In this document: piece after piece, positions 17,354-25,941 of the stretch
Layout of the letters: each line of letters starts with the position of its first letter
Numbering within the stretch: position 1 is the stretch's first letter
Assembly (NCBI GenBank): GCA_963675785.1
Contig: OY776562.1
Location: forward strand, 992,001-1,056,000
Direction of reading: 5' to 3'
Length of the DNA stretch: 64,000 nt
Source of the DNA: Anaerolineae bacterium
Lineage (GTDB): Bacteria; Chloroflexota; Anaerolineae; UBA1429
The notes under the pieces: model-generated
Seen by the model: only the letters and a program-made list of their open reading frames with translations
Told to the model about the DNA's origin: nothing
Database searches by the model: none
Position numbers and translations under genes: made by a program

Positions 17354-19717
17354 GTGACCATGACACGTTGGGAGATTGTGCCATTTCAACAGCCAGATAA
17401 AGCTCTGATTGATGTTGCGGGCGGTAGTTTGTTGGTGGCGATGCTGTTGCAGCAAAAGGGCATTACTACGCCTGCGCAAGCCGCTGCCTATTTGAACCCC
17501 GCGTCGTATGCTTTGGCTGTTCCAGAGGAACTCCCCGGCGTTTTGCAGGCTGCCGAACTTTTGAGAGAAACCCAGCGTGCGGGTGGTCGAGTTCGCGTCT
17601 TTGGCGATCTCGATACTGACGGCCAAACTTCTACTGCTATTCTCTATTCGGCGCTGAACCAACTGGGCTATGTTTGCGATTACGAGCTGCTCTCTCATGG
17701 TCAGGGGCGTGGATTGCCGGTCAGTGTGGTAGAGAAAGCGGCGGCAGATGGCGTGGCCCTGTTGATGACTTGCGATACCGGCACTACCGACCTAGAGGCG
17801 GTGTCTCGCGCTCGAGAGCTTGGCTTGTGTATTATCGTTACTGACCATCACGATATCCTCGATGCACTCCCCGATGCGGATGCTTTTGTATCCCCCAAAT
17901 TGTTGGATGCGAACCATCCCCTGGTGGGTCTTTCAGGGGCCGGTGTAGCCTGGGAGCTGGCTGCCTACTTGTTGAGCATCACCGGGCGAGACCAAGAGGC
18001 GCTGTCTCTGTTGGATATTGCGGCCATTGGTCTGATAGCCGACATGGCCCCCTTGCAGAATGATGTTCGCTGCCTGGTGCAGCGGGGCATAGAGGTTTTG
18101 CGCTTTGGTGAGCGGGTGGGGCTTGCCGCTATCTATAAAACCGCCAATGTTGATGTTTCCCTGCTCAATGAGGAAGCCGCGGGATACCACCTGGCCCCGC
18201 GTTTCAATGCCCTGGGGCGCCTGGGTGAGCCGCAATTGGGCGTGGAATTGTTATTGACGGATGACGACGAGCGTGCCGCTACCATTGTGGGCCGTATGGA
18301 TAGCCTCAATCAGGAGAGACGGGCGCATATTGAGGCCGCGACAAATCGCGCGATGGCTCTCATCGAGTCTGATCCGAGCGCTACCAGCCGACCGGTTCTC
18401 GTGGTGCAGGATCGCGAATGGCCTACTGGTGTATTGGGTGCCGTGGCACGCAGGTTGGTGGGCCTGTATGACCGTCCGGTGATTGTTGTTGCCGATGCAG
18501 GCGATCGGTTCGTTGCCAGCGGACGTTCTGTGGAGGGGGTTGATCTCCACGAAGCGATTTTCTCACAGGTCGATCTGCTAGAGCGGCAGGGAGGGCATCC
18601 CCAAGCAGCGGGATTCACTGTCTCAGCAGCCAACTGGATGCGGGTTCGTGAAGGTATTCAACATGCGCTCGAGGCAGAGATGGCTCAGCGTACTGAGCCC
18701 GTGCTTTCGATTAATCTAGAGTTAGGTTGGGCGGATGCAAACTTGGAAGCAGCCAGAGCGCTGGATATGCTGAGACCCTTTGGCTCGGGCAATGCCAAGC
18801 CGGTTTTTGCCCTGGGCGGCGCTCATTTTCTGCGTGCCGAGGATGTCAGTTGGAATCATGAGACGGCTCATCGCCGCCTTTATGTGGCAGGGCCAGAAGG
18901 CGAGCGATTGCAGCTCACTTGGTTCAACGCAGGCGTTTTACCTGATACTGACCAGACTGTGGATGTGGCACTAGAGCTTTCTCGCGGTTTTTATCGTGGT
19001 GAAGAGAGGCTAGAAGCTTCACTGGTTGAATGGCGGCCTGTCGAACAGATGGCTGCAGTGTCCTCTCTATTGCACACCGGACCAGAGGTCATTGATTTGC
19101 GCCGTCTATCGCGTGAGCAAGCTCTGGATGCACTTGATTCCCTGGGGATACAAGGCGTCGTATGGGAAGAGAGATTGCATTCTCGCATAGATGGTGCCAG
19201 AACGCGTAGTGAGATAAACAGTGGTGAGAGTGCCTTGCTTGGCCGCGATTTGGTGATTGCCTTTGTGCCGCCTGATCCGGCGACGGCTCGCCATGTGTTG
19301 GATGTGGTTTCACCGACGCGCATTGTCCTTTTGCCTGATACGAATGAATCACCTCTGGATGCCGACCGCCTGGTCGAACTCGTCTTGCAGATGGTGCGCT
19401 CTGCCTTGAACAAGCACGAGCCCTTGGATTTATCGCGAATGGCGGCCCGTGTGGGTACTTTAGAAGGGGCGATACTGGCGGCATTAAGGTTGCTTCAGGC
19501 GCGTGGCTTGATTGAGTTGATACGCCTGGATGAGCAGCGTTTCTCTGTTCAGCGAGGAGGCGCTGTCGAGCGCCTGGCCATGCTCGACCGAGCCAGGGAG
19601 AATGTCCTCCTACAGCTCAAAGAGATTGCGGCTTTTCGGCGTATCTGGGAGCGCGATGAGCCTGCGGCGTTGTTATCCGCTCTTGGCTCTGTCGAAGTAG
19701 GTTCTGTCCCACAGTAG
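17354..19717 (+). CDS. recJ: single-stranded-DNA exonuclease RecJ with C-terminal extension
   Basis: GDLDTDG, TCDTG, TDHH, LSGAGVA, APRFNALGRL, GGHPQAAG, PFGSGN. Confidence 0.92.
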   Translation: MTMTRWEIVPFQQPDKALIDVAGGSLLVAMLLQQKGITTPAQAAAYLNPASYALAVPEELPGVLQAAELLRETQRAGGRVRVFGDLDTDGQTSTAILYSALNQLGYVCDYELLSHGQGRGLPVSVVEKAAADGVALLMTCDTGTTDLEAVSRARELGLCIIVTDHHDILDALPDADAFVSPKLLDANHPLVGLSGAGVAWELAAYLLSITGRDQEALSLLDIAAIGLIADMAPLQNDVRCLVQRGIEVLRFGERVGLAAIYKTANVDVSLLNEEAAGYHLAPRFNALGRLGEPQLGVELLLTDDDERAATIVGRMDSLNQERRAHIEAATNRAMALIESDPSATSRPVLVVQDREWPTGVLGAVARRLVGLYDRPVIVVADAGDRFVASGRSVEGVDLHEAIFSQVDLLERQGGHPQAAGFTVSAANWMRVREGIQHALEAEMAQRTEPVLSINLELGWADANLEAARALDMLRPFGSGNAKPVFALGGAHFLRAEDVSWNHETAHRRLYVAGPEGERLQLTWFNAGVLPDTDQTVDVALELSRGFYRGEERLEASLVEWRPVEQMAAVSSLLHTGPEVIDLRRLSREQALDALDSLGIQGVVWEERLHSRIDGARTRSEINSGESALLGRDLVIAFVPPDPATARHVLDVVSPTRIVLLPDTNESPLDADRLVELVLQMVRSALNKHEPLDLSRMAARVGTLEGAILAALRLLQARGLIELIRLDEQRFSVQRGGAVERLAMLDRARENVLLQLKEIAAFRRIWERDEPAALLSALGSVEVGSVPQ

Positions 19718-19767
19718 CGGTCCCGTATGCTATACTCAAGACAGTCACGTTGCAGAAGGGGAGAACT

Positions 19768-20391
19768 ATGAAGCGAATACGCCTACTGTCCATCCTCGTT
19801 CTCATCGTCCTGTTGGTTACTTCATGTTCAGCGCCAGAGACGCAGGCAGTTGCAGAACCCACTGTAGGAATTACCCTGGCATCCTCTTGTACGCCAGAAC
19901 CCATCGTTGTGCCAACGCCCGCCGATACGCCAGGTTATGCCCAGCTCGATGAAACAACGGGACTGCATTATACCGGCATCTATGAGGATTTTGATTTTGA
20001 TAGCTGGTCACTGATCGTTGAGGGAGAGGTCTATCGCCCTTTGGCACTCACTTATGACGAGATTCGTTGCATGGAAAAGGTCGAGGATGATCCGGTTTTG
20101 GTGTGCCCCGGATTCTTTGAGGATCATTTTACCTGGGGGGGGGTGCGTCTGGCCGACGTCTTGGAGTTGGCCGGCCCTACCGAAAGCGCCACGAGTATTC
20201 GCATCTTTGGCCGTGACGGGTATTCGCAAAAAATCGATCTGGCGACGGCTATGGATGAGTCGAACCTATTAGCCTGGGAGTGGGAAGGCGAGGTACTTCC
20301 TGCTATTCACGGCTTTCCGCTGCGGGCGATTTTCCCAGACGAACAGGGCAACAAGTGGGTCAAGTGGATCGAGCGCATTCTGGTGGAATAA
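19768..20391 (+). CDS. molybdopterin-dependent oxidoreductase domain lipoprotein (sulfite oxidase/MsrP-like Moco domain)
   Basis: Lipobox LVTSC; WSLIVEGEV, LVCPG, WGGVRLADVL, HGFPLR, KWVKWI. Confidence 0.85.
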   Translation: MKRIRLLSILVLIVLLVTSCSAPETQAVAEPTVGITLASSCTPEPIVVPTPADTPGYAQLDETTGLHYTGIYEDFDFDSWSLIVEGEVYRPLALTYDEIRCMEKVEDDPVLVCPGFFEDHFTWGGVRLADVLELAGPTESATSIRIFGRDGYSQKIDLATAMDESNLLAWEWEGEVLPAIHGFPLRAIFPDEQGNKWVKWIERILVE

Positions 20392-20392
20392 C

Positions 20393-21406
20393 TCAAATCG
20401 AACTGTTCGCTTTTTCGATCTCTGCCGGGTGTTGCGTGGCTGGCCTGAGATTGAGTTCGCGGTCGATTGCTGAGCAGAGATGGGCACCAAACAAGATGAT
20501 GATGCAGCAGGTATATATCCAGACCATCAGACCGATGATCGTCCCGAGGGATCCATAGACGAGACTATATCGCGAAAGGCCGCTGTTGAGATACCAACGG
20601 TAGATGACCGTTGTGCCAAAGATGGCGGCCGAGACCAGGACTGTGCTGGTTAACACAGCGGTCCAGGTAGGGCGCTGTCGTGGCACCCAATGATAGAGTG
20701 AAGCCATTGCCAGAACGAGTATGATGATCTGTAGCACGCGCGAAAATAGGGCTTTCCAAAGGGGCGACATTTCCTTCAACTGATCTATTCCAGGAATATT
20801 CAGCCCGCTGATGAGGTTGAGTATGGTACTCCCCATCATCATCAAGTAGAGCACCAGCCCGAGTGCGACGATGCCAACAACAGCTACCAGACGACTCCTG
20901 ATGATCGACCTTCGCTTGACACCATCCCAGGCGCGTTCGACATTGCGCATCAATCCCACAAAAAAGCCCGTCGCCGACCATAGCAAAGACAATACTGCGG
21001 CGATACTCACGGCTCCACGCGATTCCAATACTTGCTGAATATTTTGTGCTACGAGGTCTCCGGCTGTCGGGATGAGTTCAACGACAAGAGACACGATCTG
21101 TGTTTGAACGTCTTCGGTTTTGAGAAAGACAGAGCCAAGCGAGATTAACACGAGCAGCAGGGGGAAGAGCGAAAACAAGGCATAATAGGCGAGGCTTGCA
21201 GAGGCTTGGGTGGCGCGCTTATCGATATAGGTGATATAGGCTCTTCTCAAGACCCTGAAAACGCGGTGCAACCTTGCGGGCATGCGTTCGCTGATCCTTT
21301 TCAAGAGCACGAGAGCCTTTTCTCCGGCATCATAGGCCGTCTGTGTACATTGTTGATAGAACGTGCGCAGACGCTGTAATAATTGTGGCGTGTCGTTGTC
21401 AGTCAT
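20393..21406 (-). CDS. YihY/BrkB-family membrane protein
   Basis: ASLAYYALFSLFPLL, YSLVYGSLG, WIY....ILFGA. Confidence 0.92.
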   Translation of the reverse strand: MTDNDTPQLLQRLRTFYQQCTQTAYDAGEKALVLLKRISERMPARLHRVFRVLRRAYITYIDKRATQASASLAYYALFSLFPLLLVLISLGSVFLKTEDVQTQIVSLVVELIPTAGDLVAQNIQQVLESRGAVSIAAVLSLLWSATGFFVGLMRNVERAWDGVKRRSIIRSRLVAVVGIVALGLVLYLMMMGSTILNLISGLNIPGIDQLKEMSPLWKALFSRVLQIIILVLAMASLYHWVPRQRPTWTAVLTSTVLVSAAIFGTTVIYRWYLNSGLSRYSLVYGSLGTIIGLMVWIYTCCIIILFGAHLCSAIDRELNLRPATQHPAEIEKANSSI

Positions 21407-21854
21407 TCAGTTGTTCAAAGGCTTTCAATGCAGCTTGCTGAACGTGCTCCAGTGGCAGGCCATAGGCACGAGCCAGTGCAGCGCAATCCTCGAATTCAGG
21501 CTTGATAGAAACGCGTTCACCATTGACGCGCTTGACCTTGATATGCACGGTTCCCCAGGAGGTTTCTACCGACGTGACCTCGCGTTCGGCAATGATTCTC
21601 TCGACCATACGCCGACGGATGCCCAGAGTGGTGGTCTCGCGCAGCATGGCTTCTGCTAGCTTGTCAGCCTCTTCTGGGCGGCACAACACCGAGAGCAGCG
21701 TCCCAGGGCGATTCTTTTTCATCTGTATGGCCGTGAACCAGGCATCCAGGGCACCCGCCTCAAAGAGGCGCTCCATGGCATACCCCAGCGCTTCTCCGGT
21801 CATGTCGTCAATATTGCACTCGAGCAAAACCACCTGTCGGGGTGTTTCACACAT
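21399..21854 (-). CDS. larC: nickel-insertion protein LarC, C-terminal domain only
   Basis: ECNIDDM.GE, MKKNRPG, ETTTLGIR, KPEFEDC; only 151 aa. Confidence 0.88.
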   Translation of the reverse strand: MCETPRQVVLLECNIDDMTGEALGYAMERLFEAGALDAWFTAIQMKKNRPGTLLSVLCRPEEADKLAEAMLRETTTLGIRRRMVERIIAEREVTSVETSWGTVHIKVKRVNGERVSIKPEFEDCAALARAYGLPLEHVQQAALKAFEQLND

Positions 21855-22589
21855 CTATTCGGCTTGACCTTTTCTGGCGGCTGCGCAACGATTGGCGATG
21901 ATACCCGCCGTCGCACCAGCGCCGATGCCATTGTCGATATTCACCACGGTAAGGCCTGGCACACAGGTTTGAAGCATCGAAAGCAGGGCAGCTTCACCGC
22001 GCCCGCCCATGCCATAACCTACCGAAGTGGGCAGGCCGATAACTGGCACTTGCACAAGGCCGGTAACCACTGAAGGCAGAGCGCCATCCATCCCCGCCGC
22101 CACGATAAGCACATCAATGCCCTCGATCATCATCTCTTCGAGCGGATCGAACAGGCGGTGCAACCCAGCGACGCCCACATCATAGACTGTCTTGACTTCG
22201 CAGCCCATCTCCAGGGCAATGAGTGTGGCTTCCTCGGCGACGGGTTGGTCGGATGTACCTGCTGTTAAAACGCCAACGCGCCCGCCCGTGGGTTCGGCAC
22301 GATGTCCGTTTTCGCGGACAATGGCTACGCGACTGACCGGGTGCCATTCCAGATGGCCGCCAGTGCCGTATTCGGCCTCCAGCGCCTGATACAAGGCATC
22401 AGAGACGCGGCTCAAGATGGCCCGCTGTGTTCTTGCCAAGAAGGAAGCGGCAATAGCCATGGATTGTTCGACTGTTTTGGTATCCGTCAGTATGACTTCG
22501 GGAACGCCTTTGCGCCGGGCTCGCTCGAAATCGGGCCGGGCTATGGGCGAATGCTTTGCATCATGAAGGGTTGTTGGCTGTGGTGTCAT
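21855..22589 (-). CDS. larB: NPN cofactor biosynthesis carboxylase/hydrolase LarB
   Basis: GVPEVI, AGTSD.PVAEEA, DVGVAGLHRL, AGMDGALPSV, PTSVGYG, VVNIDNG. Confidence 0.94.
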   Translation of the reverse strand: MTPQPTTLHDAKHSPIARPDFERARRKGVPEVILTDTKTVEQSMAIAASFLARTQRAILSRVSDALYQALEAEYGTGGHLEWHPVSRVAIVRENGHRAEPTGGRVGVLTAGTSDQPVAEEATLIALEMGCEVKTVYDVGVAGLHRLFDPLEEMMIEGIDVLIVAAGMDGALPSVVTGLVQVPVIGLPTSVGYGMGGRGEAALLSMLQTCVPGLTVVNIDNGIGAGATAGIIANRCAAARKGQAE

Positions 22590-23385
22590 CAAAACTCCCA
22601 CTCTTAAAGCCCTGCAAATCCAGGGTGACATAACGATAACCAAGTGCTGTGAGACGTGCGACAAGCTCAAAGCGCAGATCTGGCTGCACCGCTTGAACCA
22701 TGTTCTGGGGATCGAGTTCTATCCGGGCTATGGGGTAGTGGTCACGCACACGCAACTGCACATCACCCAGTAGTTCTCGCACGGTGTTCTCTGCTGCTTC
22801 GACGCGCTCCAGCCCCTCCTGAGTGAGGGGGGTATCGTACGGGAAACGCGTGGCCAGGCAAGCTGCCGAGGGCCGTGCATAGTTGGGCACGCCGCGTTCC
22901 TGAGCCAGCGCGCGGATATCCGCCTTGGTGAGCTTGGCTTCAGCTAGGGGGGCGCGAGTGCCAAGTTCAGCTGCCGCACGACTGCCGGGGCGATAGACGT
23001 GCAGGTCATCGAGGTTCTCGCCATGCACAACCACACTATCCGCTTTGGCGGCAATATGCATCAAGGCACTGAAACGCGCACGCTTGCAATGATAGCAGCG
23101 GTCACGCGGATTGGCTGCAACCAAAGGGTTGGCCAGATCGTCCATCTCTAGGATTGTATGTTCTACGCCAGCCCAATCTGCAATCTGGCGGGCAACCGCG
23201 TCCTCTTCTGCGGGGAACAAGGGTGAACGCACCGTGACGGCACGAACGCTTTCTACACCCAACACATCCACGCAGGCCGAAAGGAGATAACTGCTATCGG
23301 TGCCGCCGGAGAGAGCCACAACGACACGCCCCAGCTTGTTGATGATATCAAACAGCGCTTGTTTGCGCTGCATCAGGTTTTCCAT
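22561..23385 (-). CDS. larE: ATP-dependent sulfur transferase LarE
   Basis: SGGTDS PP-loop, RCYHCK, YRPG, CLATRFPY, RVRDH, LDLQGF. Confidence 0.93.
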   Translation of the reverse strand: MENLMQRKQALFDIINKLGRVVVALSGGTDSSYLLSACVDVLGVESVRAVTVRSPLFPAEEDAVARQIADWAGVEHTILEMDDLANPLVAANPRDRCYHCKRARFSALMHIAAKADSVVVHGENLDDLHVYRPGSRAAAELGTRAPLAEAKLTKADIRALAQERGVPNYARPSAACLATRFPYDTPLTQEGLERVEAAENTVRELLGDVQLRVRDHYPIARIELDPQNMVQAVQPDLRFELVARLTALGYRYVTLDLQGFKSGSFDDTTANNPS

Positions 23386-23527
23386 GTATTTTTGAACCTC
23401 TTTACATGCGGCCAAGGGTTGGTCTGACCACCTGCGATGGTATAATATCCTATATATTATAGAGACGGGCCGAGGCATCGTCAATCAGGGCTAGTTGCCT
23501 CCAATTGCTTTGTTGAGCGAGGGGAAG

Positions 23528-23899
23528 ATGTTTCGCATTTTGGTGTTCGGGCATGCCGATTTTGCAGAAGGCTTGACCTGTGCCGCTATGCAGATTAGCG
23601 GCGGCCATGCCGCGCTATGGGCCATCAATACGTTGCCAGATGACAGCCTGGCCCAATTGAGCACGCGGCTGCAAGTCGTTCTGGGCGAAACAGAGGACGC
23701 TGTCATCGTCCTTTGTGATATGGCCGGCGGTGCTCCGTGGCGGGCAGCTATGGAGACCATGCGTTCGCGTTCGGGCGGCGTTTTGGCCGGAGCGAACTTA
23801 CCCATGCTGCTAGAGCTGTTAGCTTTGTGCGATGGCGATGTTGCCTTGGACATGGCACTGGAGCGCGGCCGACAGGCTGGTATTGAAGGCATTCAGTGA
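23528..23899 (+). CDS. PTS mannose-class EIIA
   Basis: ILVFGHADFA (phospho-His position), CDMAGGAP, GANLPMLLE. Confidence 0.85.
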   Translation: MFRILVFGHADFAEGLTCAAMQISGGHAALWAINTLPDDSLAQLSTRLQVVLGETEDAVIVLCDMAGGAPWRAAMETMRSRSGGVLAGANLPMLLELLALCDGDVALDMALERGRQAGIEGIQ

Positions 23900-24378
23900 C
23901 GGCGGATTGGTTATGGGCGCGTGTAGATGACCGCTTGCTTCATGGCCAGGTTCTGGTGGCCTGGCTGCCTTATTTAAAGCCCCATACTGTGGCCTGTGTG
24001 CCTGCACCAGAGACCGATACCGTTTTTTTGCGCACGCTCTATCGCTCGGTTCTGCCGCCCAAAGTAGATCTATGGGTTGGCCGTGCTGAGCAGCTTGTGG
24101 AGGCAGTCGAAGAGGGTTTGCTTGATCCAACGCAGACACTGCTGGTATTGGCTCGTTTGGGTGATGCAGCACGGCTCTTCCAAGGAGGCATGTTGGGTGC
24201 AGCCTTGAATCTCGGCTGTATGGCCCCCACAGAACAGATTTCCCGGCTTTCTTCGCAGGTAGCGGTTGACGCAGAGGATGAGGCTTTGTTGCAAGTGATG
24301 GCGAACGAAAGCGTGCGCATCGTTGTACAAGCCCTACCTGACGAGCAGCCCCACATTTGGCCAAAGGATTACGCATGA
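23896..24378 (+). CDS. PTS mannose-class EIIB
   Basis: ARVDDRLLHGQV signature, LNLG. Confidence 0.88.
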   Translation: MTADWLWARVDDRLLHGQVLVAWLPYLKPHTVACVPAPETDTVFLRTLYRSVLPPKVDLWVGRAEQLVEAVEEGLLDPTQTLLVLARLGDAARLFQGGMLGAALNLGCMAPTEQISRLSSQVAVDAEDEALLQVMANESVRIVVQALPDEQPHIWPKDYA

Positions 24379-25937
24379 TTAAAGATGGCGCCACTATAGC
24401 GGTCTGGCAGGCTTTGTTGATCGCTGCCTTTTATTATCTCTCGCAAAGCTGCTGGCTTGGCGGCTTGGGCTATTGGACATTGTATCGGCCGCTCATCGGT
24501 GGTGCGCTGGTAGGCCTGGTGCTGGGGAATCCTGCGGCCGGTTTGGCGGCTGGGGCAGTCATCAATCTGGCCTATATCGGGCAAAGCGGTGTGGGTGGCA
24601 CCCTGCCCGCTGATATGGCGTTGGCGGGCTATGTGGGCTCGGCCTTGGTGGTTGCGGGTGGCCTAGACACAGAGACAGCTCTGGCTTTGATGCTGCCCGT
24701 GGGCCTATTGGGGGTGGTGCTATACCAGCTGCGCATGACCCTCTCGGCGGCTTTTGTTCGTGGCGTGGATCGGCAGGCGGCTGTGGGTAATACCAGAGGC
24801 CTTGTTCTGGCGAATGTGCTACCGTCCCAACTTTTGCTGGCGGCGCTGACCATCCCGGTGTGTTTTGCGGCCGTTTACTGGGGACCGTCTGCTTTGGATA
24901 GCGTGTTGGCTGTGGTGCCGGGATGGCTGTTGCGTGCACTAACGCTCATGGGCGGCCTGCTTCCGGCTGTGGGGTTGGCTCAGTTGATGGCCTATCTGTG
25001 GAAAGGCGACACTCTGGCGGCCTTTGCCCTGGGCTTTGTGGCCGCTGCTCTGGCTGGAATGCCCATTCTGGGGGTTTCAGTAGTCATTGCTGCGCTGGCC
25101 TGGCTGGTGACGCGACCTTTACCACAGAACGCACCTTCTCCACCTACGGCAGAGGGTGTGCTTTCTGAGGAGCAGCCCGTAGATCTGCTCAAACGCGGTG
25201 ATGTTTTTCGTTCCTGGCTGCACTGGCTGTTTTTCTCACACGCGTGTTACAACTGGGAACGTATGCAGGGCACCGGGTTCGCTCAGGCCATGGTTCCCCT
25301 CGCTCGCCGCATCCCCGATACGCACGAGCGAGCCGAACTGTTGCAGCGCCACACGGCCTTTTTCAATACTGAACCCAACCTGGGTGGGTTTATCGTCGGT
25401 GTGACTCTGGGCATGGAGGAACAGCGCCTCGCGTTGGGTGGAGATGGGAACGCAACTGAGATAACTGCCATCAAGTCGGCGCTGATGGGGCCCGTCTCGG
25501 GCATTGGCGATAGCTTGTTACAAGCGGCGTTGGGCTCGGCGCTCATCTCTGCGGCTGTCGGCGGAGCCCTTGAGGGAACCTGGTCTGCGCCGGTGCTCTA
25601 TGTGCTGGCCATGATCGCCATCATCTGGGGGGGCGGCTGGCTCTTTTTCCGCTATGGCTATCGGGCAGGCGCTGAGGGTTTGCCTCGTCTTATGGAAGGT
25701 GTCAACTATCACCGGGTTCTTGCAATCGTCGAGATGACAGGTGCCGGTGTGTTGGGGGCGCTCTCTGCCCTCTATGTATCGCTCGGTTCTCTCTCGACTG
25801 AGGGCGGTATTGTCGCCTGGTTGGGGCCACTTTTGGTGTTGTTCATCGCCTGGCTGCGGCGGCATAAGGTATCTATTCATTACATCCTGATGGGAGTTAT
25901 TTTGGTGGCGTTTGTATTGGCTCTGGCTGGGATATAG
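24375..25937 (+). CDS. fused PTS mannose-class EIIC-EIID
   Basis: IIC part (RPLIGGALVGLVLG, GGTLP.D, GGLLPAVG) continues in frame into IID motifs (YNWERMQGTGF, RHTAFFNT, KSALMGPVSGIGDS). Confidence 0.88.
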   Translation: MIKDGATIAVWQALLIAAFYYLSQSCWLGGLGYWTLYRPLIGGALVGLVLGNPAAGLAAGAVINLAYIGQSGVGGTLPADMALAGYVGSALVVAGGLDTETALALMLPVGLLGVVLYQLRMTLSAAFVRGVDRQAAVGNTRGLVLANVLPSQLLLAALTIPVCFAAVYWGPSALDSVLAVVPGWLLRALTLMGGLLPAVGLAQLMAYLWKGDTLAAFALGFVAAALAGMPILGVSVVIAALAWLVTRPLPQNAPSPPTAEGVLSEEQPVDLLKRGDVFRSWLHWLFFSHACYNWERMQGTGFAQAMVPLARRIPDTHERAELLQRHTAFFNTEPNLGGFIVGVTLGMEEQRLALGGDGNATEITAIKSALMGPVSGIGDSLLQAALGSALISAAVGGALEGTWSAPVLYVLAMIAIIWGGGWLFFRYGYRAGAEGLPRLMEGVNYHRVLAIVEMTGAGVLGALSALYVSLGSLSTEGGIVAWLGPLLVLFIAWLRRHKVSIHYILMGVILVAFVLALAGI

Positions 25938-25941
25938 CGAG

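Noticed and set aside
21852-21857. Amber read-through (pyrrolysine) at the in-frame larB TAG-ATG junction
   Set aside because: The same TAG-ATG junction occurs at 48749-48754 between unrelated genes, TAG ends many genes here, and no pyl genes are present; translational coupling is simpler.
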